Shown: positions 20,701 to 30,211 of the stretch, one piece after another | How the letters are laid out: each line of letters starts with the position of its first letter | Numbering within the stretch: the stretch's first letter is position 1 | NCBI GenBank assembly: GCA_963715985.1 | Contig: CAVQSP010000014.1 | Location: 288,001-352,000, forward strand | From: an uncultured Thermoleophilia bacterium | GTDB taxonomy: Bacteria; Actinomycetota; Thermoleophilia; UBA2241 | DNA: 64,000 bases | Direction of reading: 5' to 3' | Notes under the pieces: generated by a model | Databases searched by the model: none | Told to the model about the DNA's origin: nothing | Seen by the model: the letters and a program-made list of their open reading frames with translations, nothing else | Translations under genes and position numbers: made by a program

Positions 20701-22521
20701 TCACGGGAGGAGCTTCTGCGCCGCTGCGACCGCGCGCAGTGCCTCCTGAAGGCTCACGCGCGCCAGCGGCCTGAGCTTCTCGGTGTCGATGACGTTGTGC
20801 GGAGGGATGCCCTTCTGGATGAGCTTGGCATGATGGAGCAGGCGCACCTCCGACATGCTGGCGTAGGCCTCGTTGAGGCCACGGGCCTGGTCGGCGAAGG
20901 CGGGGCTCAGCTCCTGTACGGTCACGAGGCGCTCCACCGTGCCGCCCGCCGACACGCCTCTCGAGAAGGCGTAGAAGCGGGCCAGGTTTATCACGGGCAG
21001 AAGGCCGCTCTTCTTGATGTCGACGGGGCCGGTGAGCCGACCCCGGAACCCCAGGGGCGAGGGGATCTGCGAGGCCAGGTGGGCCAGGCCGCTCAGAAAG
21101 CCGCCGTGCCTTGGCGCCCTGCGCATGACTGCGCTGAGCGGCGTCACGATGTCGAGGTCCCCTGCCACGCGACGGAAGTCGAAGGCGATGCTGGCGCGCA
21201 GGAGGTTGTTCCAGTCCCACACCTGCAGGCAGCGCGCGAACACTTCCACCCAGGCGCTTTGCGAGAGGCGCCAGTGGGGGTCGCGGGCCAGGACTCCCGA
21301 CTCGTCGAAGCTGAAGCCGCACCGCGCGAGCCCGCTGTTGACCTCGTCGGCCACGAGCGCGAAGTAACCCTTCGCCTCCGGGTCGTCCGTGTCCTCAAAC
21401 GCGAGGGCGTTGTCCTGGTCGGAGGCCAGTGTGAGCTCGTTGCGGGCGCTGCTCCCGAGCGCGAGCCAGGCGAACGGCACCGGAGGTGGGCCGTGACGGG
21501 CGATGGAGAGCTCGAGGAGGCGGCTCGTCATCACATCGCTCAGCAGTGTGATGACGCGGGTCACCGTCGGCGCGTCGAGGTGCGCGTCCAGAAGACCGAC
21601 GAACAGGCCGGGAAGCTGCGCCGCGGCCGCCACCACGGCGTCATCGTCGTGAGCCGTGCTGATGGACCAGCGCAGCGCGAAGGGGCTGAGCGCATCGAGG
21701 TTCATCAGGCTGCCCGCCGACACCACGCCCAGCACGTGCCCGTCTCTGCCCACCACGGGGAGGTGGTTCACCCCGGCCTGCATCATCTCGATGCTGGCTT
21801 GTGGGGCGAGGATATCCTCGCTCACCGTGGCCACGGGAATGGTCATGATGGCGCTCACCGGCACCTCCGGCGACACGCCGACGGCGAGGACCTTCTTGCG
21901 CAGGTCGGCGTCGGTGACGATGCCGAGCCCCTCGCTCGTCTCCACGAGCAGCGCCGTCACGATCTCGTCGCTCATCAGTCGCGCCGCTTCGCGAACGGTG
22001 GTGTCCGGCGGGCAGAACACCGGCGCCCGCCGGATGAGCGAGGTGACCGGCACGCTGCGCACGTCCGGCATGGAACGCACCGCGTCGGTGGCGCGCACGA
22101 GCCGGTCACGGAAGCCGCGGGCCACCATGGTGACACCTTCGGGACGGCTGAGCACGGCGATGGCCTCGTCACGGGGCAGGAGGTACAGGTCCGTGTCCTC
22201 GCGGGCCCTCACCGTGAACTCCGGGGCGAGGCCCGAGAGCAGGGTGGGGTGGCCGAAGAGCTGTCCCTTGGTGACGACGTCGACGACGAAGCCCTTGTGG
22301 TCGATCTCCATGGTGCCGTCGCGGACCACGTAGAGGTGGTCGCCGGGGCGGCCGTTCTCCACCAGCACCGCCTCGCCGGTGACGGCGTGGCGCTCGACGA
22401 CGGCGGCCGCCACACGCTCCAGCTCGGGTCGCTCGAGGGCGTCGAACGGCTGGTACCGCCCCAGGAAGCGGGCGATCTCCCTGACGCGGTCAGATGCCGC
22501 GGCTGATGTGACCGCCGTCAT
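20701..22521 (-). CDS. cNMP-binding + CBS pair + DUF294 nucleotidyltransferase-domain protein
   Basis: LYVVRDG cNMP domain, GIVTDADL/HLPV CBS motifs, LGSSARNELTLASDQDN, DIKKSGLLP. Confidence 0.9.
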   Translation of the reverse strand: MTAVTSAAASDRVREIARFLGRYQPFDALERPELERVAAAVVERHAVTGEAVLVENGRPGDHLYVVRDGTMEIDHKGFVVDVVTKGQLFGHPTLLSGLAPEFTVRAREDTDLYLLPRDEAIAVLSRPEGVTMVARGFRDRLVRATDAVRSMPDVRSVPVTSLIRRAPVFCPPDTTVREAARLMSDEIVTALLVETSEGLGIVTDADLRKKVLAVGVSPEVPVSAIMTIPVATVSEDILAPQASIEMMQAGVNHLPVVGRDGHVLGVVSAGSLMNLDALSPFALRWSISTAHDDDAVVAAAAQLPGLFVGLLDAHLDAPTVTRVITLLSDVMTSRLLELSIARHGPPPVPFAWLALGSSARNELTLASDQDNALAFEDTDDPEAKGYFALVADEVNSGLARCGFSFDESGVLARDPHWRLSQSAWVEVFARCLQVWDWNNLLRASIAFDFRRVAGDLDIVTPLSAVMRRAPRHGGFLSGLAHLASQIPSPLGFRGRLTGPVDIKKSGLLPVINLARFYAFSRGVSAGGTVERLVTVQELSPAFADQARGLNEAYASMSEVRLLHHAKLIQKGIPPHNVIDTEKLRPLARVSLQEALRAVAAAQKLLP

Positions 22522-22633
22522 CTCGTCCGTGTCCGACCTCCTGCAGACGGACCGCGGGACGTACCTCCCCGCGGCCGCGATGGTCCGCGGCCAAGGATAG
22601 CAGCCGCCGCGCGCACGCCAGTGTTGACCTGCC

Positions 22634-23395
22634 TCAAGCCAGCCCCTGGGCGCGCAGGTACGCGAGACTGGCGAGCACGTCGTCCGGGTGCTTGTGCTCG
22701 ATGACCACCGTGGCGCCGGCGGCGCGCGCCACCACGAGCACCGCGGCGGCGTCCACGACGCCCGTCCCCAGGGGCAGGTGCTCGTCGCCGCCCGCCGGTC
22801 CGTGGTTGTCGTGGAGGTGCACGAGGCGCAGCGGCGCGCGCGGGTCGGCCAGCCACGCGGACAGCGTCCGGGACGCTGCGGCGTGGCCGGCGTCGAGCGC
22901 CACGCCCAGCCCGCACAGGTCGATGTCGCCGGGGCTCACGAAGTGGGAGAAGCCGGCCACCGGCATGTTCTCCACGACCACGGGCACGCCGTACTGGTCC
23001 TGCAGCTCGCGCAGCTCGCAGAGCGACCGCTGCAGCGCCGCCACCACGGCCGGCTGCCGCGGCGCGATGCGGCGCTGCCGGTCCGGATGCACGAGGTACG
23101 TGGAGGCGCCCAGAACGGCGGCGATCTTGAGGTGGCGGCGATGCAGCTCCACGCCGGCCCGCCGCTTGATCTCGCTCGTGCTGCCCAGATCGACCCGGAA
23201 GAAGGGTCCGTGCACGCTGATCGGCACGCCGAGCCGTGCCACCGCGCGCGCGTTGTCGATCTCGAGCAGGGAGTGGTGGCCGTAGGAGGTGACCTCCGCC
23301 GCGAGGGCGAGCTCGCGTATGGCGCGCAGGACGGCATCGAGGGGCAGACCGGAGTACGCCCCGGTGGAGATCGCGATGTCGTGCGGAGGCTCCAC
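22634..23395 (-). CDS. Xylose isomerase/AP endonuclease 2 TIM-barrel metalloprotein
   Basis: SVHGP, VHPD, VENMP, LDAGH, HLHDN, DEHLPLGTG, IEH. Confidence 0.8.
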   Translation of the reverse strand: MEPPHDIAISTGAYSGLPLDAVLRAIRELALAAEVTSYGHHSLLEIDNARAVARLGVPISVHGPFFRVDLGSTSEIKRRAGVELHRRHLKIAAVLGASTYLVHPDRQRRIAPRQPAVVAALQRSLCELRELQDQYGVPVVVENMPVAGFSHFVSPGDIDLCGLGVALDAGHAAASRTLSAWLADPRAPLRLVHLHDNHGPAGGDEHLPLGTGVVDAAAVLVVARAAGATVVIEHKHPDDVLASLAYLRAQGLA

Positions 23396-23478
23396 GGCCT
23401 CCCCAGTATCGCACGAAGGTCGCGGCCTCAGGGGGGCGGTGCACCTACGGCGCCCCGCTCGTCGAGTCCGCTGCTGCC

Positions 23479-25095
23479 TCAATCCGGGGCGTAGACCTCC
23501 ACGCAGTCCTTGCCACGGAGCTTGGCTTCGTACAGGGCCTTGTCGGTCTTCTGCACCAGGTCTTCGGCGTCGGCCGCGTGCAAGGGGAGCGTTGCCACCC
23601 CGATGCTGGCGGTGATGCCGTCCCATGGAGCACCCTCCGACGACACCTGCAGGCGGGCGATCGCGGCGCGGATGCGCTCTGCTGTGGCGACCGCGCCGTC
23701 GGGTGTGACCCTGTCGGCCAGCACGGAGTCGGTGCTCGGGAGGACGACCATGAACTCCTCGCCGCCGTACCGCGCGGCGACGTCGACGCCGTGCCGCACC
23801 TGCCCGCGCAGAACCTCGCCAACCGCACGCAGTACCTCATCGCCGAAGAGGTGCCCGAAGCGGTCGTTGACGCTCTTGAAGTCGTCGAGGTCCAGCATCA
23901 GCAGGGAGACCGGCTGGCCGTAGCGACGGGCGCGGGCCACCTCGTCCCGCAGACGTGTCCAGAACTGGCGGTGATTGGCGAGGCCCGTGAGGCTGTCGGT
24001 GGTTGCCTGTACTTCGATCGTGGTCTTCTGCTCCTGCAGGCGGCGGTACAGCTGGGCATTGTGGATGGCGACTGCGGCCTGCTCTCCAAGGGCCACGCAA
24101 AGTGCCGTCTCCTGCTCGCTGAAGTGGCGCGGGTAGGCGGTCTCGCTGACTTCGAGCGCGCCTACAACGGCGTCGCCCATGATCAGCGGCACCATGAGCG
24201 ACGACTGCTCCTGCCACTCGGCGAGTTGGGTGCGGGCGTGCGGGTCCAGGTCGGGGTCGTCGAGGCGGACCTCAACGGGACGCCGCGTGCGGACCACGGC
24301 GAGATCCTGGGGCAGCCCGTCCAGCGGGTAGACGGCGCCGAGTGGCTCTTCGAACACGTGATCGGGGTCGCGCTGGTACTCGGCCAGCCACACCATGGCG
24401 TCGCCCTCAGGGTCGTACTCGTAGATGTAGCTGCAGGCGGCGTCGAGGGCGCGCGCGGCCTGCCGGCACACGACCTCGAGCACCTCGTCGATGTCCAGGG
24501 TGGAGATCATCGCCTTGGACGAGTCGATGAGGGCCGTGAGCTGGCGGTTTCGCTCCTCCACCGCCCGCGTCACACGGGCGTTGCGGAGCGCGATGCCGGC
24601 GAGCGCGGCCATGCGGCGCACCAGCGTCGTCTCCGTCTCGTCGAAGGTGCGCGGGCGCTCCTTCTCGGTGAGCTCGAGGATGCCGAGCACCTCATCATCG
24701 TGGGTGATCGGCGCCCAGACGGCGGCCAGCTCACCCCAGTAGGCCATGCTCTCGAAACCGCCCGTGGCCGCGTCCACGGGGTCCTCGGGGTGCGAGACGA
24801 CCACCTCGCGCCGCGTGATCACGGCCTCGAAGTCGGGGATCTCCACGAGCGCGTGCATCTCGCCGACCCAGGTGCGGTCGCGGGGCGTGAGCCCGCGTGA
24901 CCAGATCGCCAGGGCGCGCAGCGCATCGTGTTCCGGCAGGTAGTCATAGATGCAGCACTCGTAGCAGCCGAGCGCCCTGGCGATCTCCTCGGCCAGGATG
25001 GCAAGGGTCTCCGGCAGCACGCTGCCGCCGTCGCCTTCATCGCGCAGAACGACGAAGGAGCGGCCGTCCGTGTAGATGTCGTCCCCATGTTCCAT
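23479..25095 (-). CDS. Diguanylate cyclase with two GAF domains
   Basis: TDSLTGLAN, DLDDFKSVND.FGH, RYGGEEF; two GAF repeats. Confidence 0.92.
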   Translation of the reverse strand: MEHGDDIYTDGRSFVVLRDEGDGGSVLPETLAILAEEIARALGCYECCIYDYLPEHDALRALAIWSRGLTPRDRTWVGEMHALVEIPDFEAVITRREVVVSHPEDPVDAATGGFESMAYWGELAAVWAPITHDDEVLGILELTEKERPRTFDETETTLVRRMAALAGIALRNARVTRAVEERNRQLTALIDSSKAMISTLDIDEVLEVVCRQAARALDAACSYIYEYDPEGDAMVWLAEYQRDPDHVFEEPLGAVYPLDGLPQDLAVVRTRRPVEVRLDDPDLDPHARTQLAEWQEQSSLMVPLIMGDAVVGALEVSETAYPRHFSEQETALCVALGEQAAVAIHNAQLYRRLQEQKTTIEVQATTDSLTGLANHRQFWTRLRDEVARARRYGQPVSLLMLDLDDFKSVNDRFGHLFGDEVLRAVGEVLRGQVRHGVDVAARYGGEEFMVVLPSTDSVLADRVTPDGAVATAERIRAAIARLQVSSEGAPWDGITASIGVATLPLHAADAEDLVQKTDKALYEAKLRGKDCVEVYAPD

Positions 25096-25178
25096 GGCCC
25101 TTCAGTAGGTCAGGTCGACCGCAACGGCGCTTGCCAACATGGAACGTTCGTTCATTCGCTGAGGGCCGGACGCGCGGT

Positions 25179-25234
25179 CTAGCGGCCGCAGGCAAACCAG
25201 CGAGTGGGGCGCCGCAGGCACACCGCTCAGCTAG
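25179..25234. repeat. Inverted copy of the ~50-bp element at 17716-17765, flanked by CTAG
   Basis: CTAGCGGCCGCAGGCAAACCAGCGAGTGGGGCGCCGCAGGCACACCGCTC-AG-CTAG. Confidence 0.85.
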
Positions 25235-26439
25235 TAGCGCACCATGAGCTTCCTCGTGGCCGCCGTGAGCCCATCCACGGTGAGCTCGAACATGGGGAAG
25301 ACCTCGCGCACCTTGCGGATCGTGACGCTGCCGTAGGCGTGCTCCCAGTCACCCGCGGGGATGGTGTTGAGCCACACCGAGTGGTCGAAGTGGTGGCGCA
25401 GGCGCTTGAGCCAGTCGATGCCGGGCTCGTCGTTGCCGTGGCCCCACCAGATGATGCCGTCGCGGGCCATGAGCTCGCTGGGGGCCATGGCCGCGTCGCC
25501 GACGAGGATGAGCTTGTAGTCGCTGGGCAGCTCCTGCAGCACGCGGCGCGTGGAGACGGCCTCCGACGTCGACATGCGCGTGGTCGTGTACAGCCAGTCG
25601 TACACGCAGTTGTGGAAGTAGTAGAAGCGCAGGTCCTTGAAGTGCGAGCTGCGGTTCACGGCGCTGAAGAGCTGGCTGCAGAGGCGGATGTAGGGGTGCA
25701 TGGAGCCGCCCACGTCCATCAGCAGGATGACCTTGACGGCGTTCTTGCGGCTCTTGCGCCACACCAGGCTGAGACGGCCGGCGTTGCCGGCCGTCTCGTC
25801 GATGGTCTCGTCGAGGTCCAGTTCGTCGGGGACGCCCTCGGTGCGCGACGAGAGCTGGCGCAGGCGCCGCAGGGCGAGCTCGAACTGGCGCACGCCGACC
25901 TCCTGGTCGGTGCGGTAGCCGCGGTAACGGCGCTCTCCGGCCACCTTGACGGCGGAGCGGTTGCGGCTCTCGCCGCCCACACGGATGCCGCCGGGGTGGA
26001 AGCCGCTGTGGCCGAACGGACTGGTGCCGCCGGTGCCCACCCAGCGGTTGCCGCCGTGGTGGGCCTCGTCCTGCTCGCGCAGGCGTTCCTCGAAGAGCTT
26101 CTGCAGCGCCTCGAGGTCGAGATCCTCCATGGCGGCCGCCAGCAGCCGGCGCTCCTCATCCGTGAGCCACGGCATATCGAGCGGGTCCGCGAGCCACTCC
26201 CAGACCTCTTCCTCGATCTTCAGCGGCGTCTCGATGCCGTTGAACATCGCCGCGAACGCCTGGTCGTACTGGTCGAAGTACGCCTCGGACTTGACGAGGA
26301 TGCTGCGCGCCACGGCGTAGAACTGGTCGAGGCCGGCCGGGGCGAGACCGAGCGCCAGGGCGCGCATGAGCGCCAGCCACTCGGTCACGGTGACCGGCAC
26401 GCCGTAGGCGCGGAGCAGGAAGAAGAAGTCGGTGAACAT
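25231..26439 (-). CDS. VWA domain protein (CoxE-like), MoxR partner
   Basis: MDVGGSM MIDAS, FYYFHNC, VGDAAMAPSEL. Confidence 0.85.
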   Translation of the reverse strand: MFTDFFFLLRAYGVPVTVTEWLALMRALALGLAPAGLDQFYAVARSILVKSEAYFDQYDQAFAAMFNGIETPLKIEEEVWEWLADPLDMPWLTDEERRLLAAAMEDLDLEALQKLFEERLREQDEAHHGGNRWVGTGGTSPFGHSGFHPGGIRVGGESRNRSAVKVAGERRYRGYRTDQEVGVRQFELALRRLRQLSSRTEGVPDELDLDETIDETAGNAGRLSLVWRKSRKNAVKVILLMDVGGSMHPYIRLCSQLFSAVNRSSHFKDLRFYYFHNCVYDWLYTTTRMSTSEAVSTRRVLQELPSDYKLILVGDAAMAPSELMARDGIIWWGHGNDEPGIDWLKRLRHHFDHSVWLNTIPAGDWEHAYGSVTIRKVREVFPMFELTVDGLTAATRKLMVRY

Positions 26440-26460
26440 GGCGCCTGGACCGCTGCGGCG

Positions 26461-26565
26461 CTACCGGCGCCTGAGGACGCGGACGGCGGTGAAGACGAGG
26501 AGGGCGGCCAGGGCGAGCACGATGACGGCCGCCGCGACGACCTCGAAGGACCCTACCTGTGGCAC
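26461..26565 (-). CDS. Possible 34-aa single-TM peptide
   Basis: GGAGG RBS before GTG; hydrophobic stretch then RRR; fills the gap between MoxR and VWA genes. Confidence 0.4.
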   Translation of the reverse strand: MPQVGSFEVVAAAVIVLALAALLVFTAVRVLRRR

Positions 26566-26594
26566 GCCGTCCACCTCCTCGCGGCCCGCGCGTC

Positions 26595-27428
26595 CTACCG
26601 CCTGCGGCCCCCGGCCAGCGCGCGCTGCGCCACGTCCACGTCGTGGTCCTTCTTGAGGAGCACGCCCATGAACGGGAGGCGCGCGGCGATCTCCTGCGGG
26701 TCGACGCCGCCGCGCGCCAGCGCCTGCACCCAGTCGATGAGCTCGCTGGTACTGGGCTTCTTCTGCAGGCCGGGCACGTCGCGCAGCCAGTAGAACGCCT
26801 GGATGGCGAGGTCGAGCAGGCGTTTGTCCAGCTGCGGCACGTGCACGTGCACGATGCGCTCCATCATCGCCTGGTCGGGGAACTCGATGTAGTGGAACAC
26901 GCAGCGCCGCAGAAAGGCGTCCGGCAGCTCCTTCTCCGCGTTCGACGTGATGAGCACGATCGGCCGCTGGACGGCCTGGACGGTCTCGCGCGTCTCGGGG
27001 ATGTGGAACTCCATCTGGTCGAGCTCCCACAGCAGGTCGTTGGGGAACTCGAGGTCGGCCTTGTCGATCTCGTCGATGAGGAGCACCACGCGCTCCTCGC
27101 TCGAGAACGCCTGGCCCAGCTTGCCGAGCTTGATGTACCGGGCGATGTCGCTCACGTCGCTCTCGCCGAACTGGCCGTCGTAGAGGCGCTGCACGGTGTC
27201 GTAGACGTACAGGCCGTCCTGCGCCTTGGTCGTCGACTTGATGTTCCACACGACGAGCGGCATCCGCAGGCCGGCGGCGATGCTCTGGGCGAGCATGGTC
27301 TTGCCCGTGCCGGGCTCGCCCTTGATGAGCAGCGGCCGGCTGAGCTGCACGGCGACGTTGACGGTCTGCATGAGGTCGGGCGCGGCGATGTAGTCGCTGG
27401 TGCCCGCGTAGGTGGACGGCTGGCTCAT
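26595..27428 (-). CDS. MoxR-family AAA+ ATPase
   Basis: GEPGTGKT, LLIDEIDK, ELPDAFLRRC. Confidence 0.9.
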   Translation of the reverse strand: MSQPSTYAGTSDYIAAPDLMQTVNVAVQLSRPLLIKGEPGTGKTMLAQSIAAGLRMPLVVWNIKSTTKAQDGLYVYDTVQRLYDGQFGESDVSDIARYIKLGKLGQAFSSEERVVLLIDEIDKADLEFPNDLLWELDQMEFHIPETRETVQAVQRPIVLITSNAEKELPDAFLRRCVFHYIEFPDQAMMERIVHVHVPQLDKRLLDLAIQAFYWLRDVPGLQKKPSTSELIDWVQALARGGVDPQEIAARLPFMGVLLKKDHDVDVAQRALAGGRRR

Positions 27429-27513
27429 GGCGTGCGCTTTCGGTCGTTGGACGAACGTGGGGGCGCCGAAGCGGCACCCGACGAAGTCTATCAGACCGGG
27501 CCGGCGCCCCGGC

Positions 27514-29349
27514 TCAGGGCTTCGTGCCGCCGCTGCCGGGAAACCGCTTGCGCGCGGCCGCGACTTCGCGCAGCGCCTCCTGCAGGTTGGCGCGCGTGAT
27601 GGGCCGCAGGATCTGCGTGTCGATGATGTTGCCGGGCGCCCTGCCGGCGCGCAGTTGTGCGGCGTGCAGGTCGAGCTGGATCTGGGTGACGTTGATGAAC
27701 GCGTCGCGCAGGGTCTTCTCACAGTCCAGGGTCCGCTCGTCGATCCCGCAGACCGCAGACAGGCGCTCGAGCGTGCCCTGGCTGGTGACGCCGCGGGCGA
27801 AGGCCTGGTACCGCGCCAGGTTCTGGATGGGCACGAGGCAGTCTTTCTTGATGTCCAGCCAGCCCTCCAGACGCTGCAGAAAGCCCAGTGGGAGGCGCAT
27901 GCCGGTGCCCAGGCGCGCGAGCCCGCGAAGAAAGCGGGGGTGCTCGGGCACCGTGCGCATGATCTCCGTGAGGGCCTGGTCCACGTTGAGCTCGCCGGTC
28001 ACCTGGCGGTAGTCGAAGCAGACGCTGGCGCGGGCCATGCGGTCCAGGTCCCGCCCCTCCAGGCAGTACGAGAAGATCTCCTGCCACCCACTGAGCGTGG
28101 TGCGCCACTGGCGAGTGCTCGCGAGGACGCCGTGCGGGTCGGCCGGCAACCCACAGAGAGTGAGGCCATGGTTGACGTCCACGGCCACGCGTTCGAAGTA
28201 CTCGTCGACCGCCGGGTCGTCGGTGTCGGCATAGGCCAGCCCGTTGTCCTGGTCCGAGGCCAGGGTGAGTTCGCTGCGCGCCGCGCTGCCGAAGGCGAGC
28301 CAGGCGAAGGGCACCGGCGGCGCGCCGTGGCGGGCGATGGCGAGCTCCAGCAACCGCGCCGTGAGCGAGTCGGCGAGCACGGTGAGCACCCTGGTCAGCG
28401 AGGGCGCGTCGAGGTGCGCCTCGCGCAGGTCGAGGAAGAGCTTGGGCACGTCGGCGGAGAGAGCGATGAGCTCCTCCTCGTCCCGCGCCCACTGCAGCGA
28501 GCGTCGCAGCGCGAACGGGCTCCGCGCCTCCAGCGTCATCAGGTTGCTGGCCGAGAGGATCCCCAGCACCGTCCCGTCCGCGTCCACCACCGGCATGTGG
28601 TTCACGCCGGCCGACATCATGGCGATGCTGGCCTCGGGCGCGAGCGAGTCGGCGCCGATGGTGTGCACCGGCGTGCTCATGATGGCGCTCACCGGCTCAT
28701 CCCGCGACATCTTGCCGACGACGACCTTGTCGCGCATGTCCACATCGGTGACGATGCCGAGGCCGTCGCGCAGACGCACGAGGATGGCCGAGCGCCCTCC
28801 CGCGGCCATGATCTCGGCGGCCTCGCGGATGCTGGTGTCGGGGTCGCAGAACAGCGGCTTGCTGCGCACCACGGCGGTCACCGGCAGGGTGCGCACCTCA
28901 GGAAGGGCGCTCATCGAGCGTGCGGCCTGGATGAGACGCTCGCGCTGATTGGCGGCCAGCCAGCGCACGCCGCCCGGGTGGCACAGGAGCCCGAGGGCCA
29001 CGTCGCGGGGGATGCAGTAGAGGGTGGTGGCGCTGCGCGCCTTCACCGTGAACTCGGGCGCCAGCCCGGTCAGCAGCGTCGGGTGGCCGAACACGTCGCC
29101 GCCGGTGATCATCGCCACCAGCACGTCGCTGCGCGTGAGCTCCATGGTGCCGTCGTGCACCACGAAGAGCTCGGTGCCGGGCGGGCCGCCCTCGACGAGG
29201 ACGTCCTCGCCGGCGCGGACGCGGCGCCGTGTCACGGAAGCGGCCACGCGGAGGAGCTCGTCGTCCGCGAGGGAGCCGAAGGGCTCGACGCCGCCGAGGA
29301 ACGCGGCGACGCTCTGCGCGCTGCTGGCCTCGCCGGCCCTGGTGCTCAC
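27514..29349 (-). CDS. Second cNMP-CBS-DUF294 nucleotidyltransferase protein
   Basis: Paralog of 20701-22521; FGSAARSELTLASDQDNG, DIKKDCLVP. Confidence 0.9.
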   Translation of the reverse strand: MSTRAGEASSAQSVAAFLGGVEPFGSLADDELLRVAASVTRRRVRAGEDVLVEGGPPGTELFVVHDGTMELTRSDVLVAMITGGDVFGHPTLLTGLAPEFTVKARSATTLYCIPRDVALGLLCHPGGVRWLAANQRERLIQAARSMSALPEVRTLPVTAVVRSKPLFCDPDTSIREAAEIMAAGGRSAILVRLRDGLGIVTDVDMRDKVVVGKMSRDEPVSAIMSTPVHTIGADSLAPEASIAMMSAGVNHMPVVDADGTVLGILSASNLMTLEARSPFALRRSLQWARDEEELIALSADVPKLFLDLREAHLDAPSLTRVLTVLADSLTARLLELAIARHGAPPVPFAWLAFGSAARSELTLASDQDNGLAYADTDDPAVDEYFERVAVDVNHGLTLCGLPADPHGVLASTRQWRTTLSGWQEIFSYCLEGRDLDRMARASVCFDYRQVTGELNVDQALTEIMRTVPEHPRFLRGLARLGTGMRLPLGFLQRLEGWLDIKKDCLVPIQNLARYQAFARGVTSQGTLERLSAVCGIDERTLDCEKTLRDAFINVTQIQLDLHAAQLRAGRAPGNIIDTQILRPITRANLQEALREVAAARKRFPGSGGTKP

Positions 29350-29360
29350 GGCGGCTCCTC

Positions 29361-30155
29361 TCAGTCCGGGTGTTGCGTGAGCAGGCCCCGCGACCTCAGA
29401 TAGTCGAAGCTCTGCTGCACCTCGTCCTCGTCCTTGTGCTCCAGGATGATGGTGGCGCCGATGGCGCGTGCGGCGGCGATGACCGGCCCCGCGTCCACGA
29501 CGCCGGTCCCGCACGGGTCGTGCAGGTCGCCACCGTGCGTGCCGAGATTGTCGTGCAGGTGCACGTGGCGGATGTCGTGGTCGGTGGGCGCCAGCCAGGC
29601 GTCCAGCGTGTCCGTGATGGCGGCGTGGCCGGCGTCCAGCACCACGGCGAGTCCCCTGACGTCCAGGTCGCCCGGGGCCACGAAGTGGGAGTGGCGCGCG
29701 AACGGGAGGTTCTCGACGGCGATCGGCATGCCGCACTCCGCCTGCAGCTCGGTGAGCTCCTCGAACGCCTGCTCCATCATGGCCACCACGCGGCGGCTGC
29801 GCACGCGCGGCTTGCGCTGGACGTCCGGGTGCACGACGTAGAGGCCGGCGCCCAGCTCGGCGGCGGCGGCGATGTGGCGGCGGTGCATGTCCATGGCCAT
29901 CTTGTGGGCGGAGCCCCAGCGGCTGCCCAGCTCGAAGTGCGCGAACGGGCCGTGCACGCTGAACGGCAGGCCCGCCACTTCGAGCACGCGCGCGTTGGCC
30001 GGCTCGAGGATGGAGTGCGGTCCTAGGGAGAGCACCTCCGCAAACGCGGTGAGCTCGGAGATGCGCAGGAGGGCAGAGGCGAGGGAGAGGTTCAGGTACG
30101 CCCCGGTGGAGATGCCGATGTCCGAGATGCACTGCACGCTGCGAGTATCGCACAT
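29361..30155 (-). CDS. AP endonuclease 2/xylose isomerase TIM-barrel protein (paralog 2)
   Basis: SVHGPF, VHPD, VENLP, LDAGH, HLHDN, DLH, LEH. Confidence 0.8.
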   Translation of the reverse strand: MCDTRSVQCISDIGISTGAYLNLSLASALLRISELTAFAEVLSLGPHSILEPANARVLEVAGLPFSVHGPFAHFELGSRWGSAHKMAMDMHRRHIAAAAELGAGLYVVHPDVQRKPRVRSRRVVAMMEQAFEELTELQAECGMPIAVENLPFARHSHFVAPGDLDVRGLAVVLDAGHAAITDTLDAWLAPTDHDIRHVHLHDNLGTHGGDLHDPCGTGVVDAGPVIAAARAIGATIILEHKDEDEVQQSFDYLRSRGLLTQHPD

Positions 30156-30211
30156 GCGCCGAGACTCGGGTGGGTGCGTCGGACCCGGCCGCCGCGCTCG
30201 GGACGCTTTGG

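Noticed and set aside
27514-30153. 879-aa ORF suggesting a TIM barrel-DUF294 fusion
   Set aside because: The N-terminal extension is an off-frame read of the separate TIM-barrel gene (29361-30155); DUF294 has its own RBS and GTG at 29349
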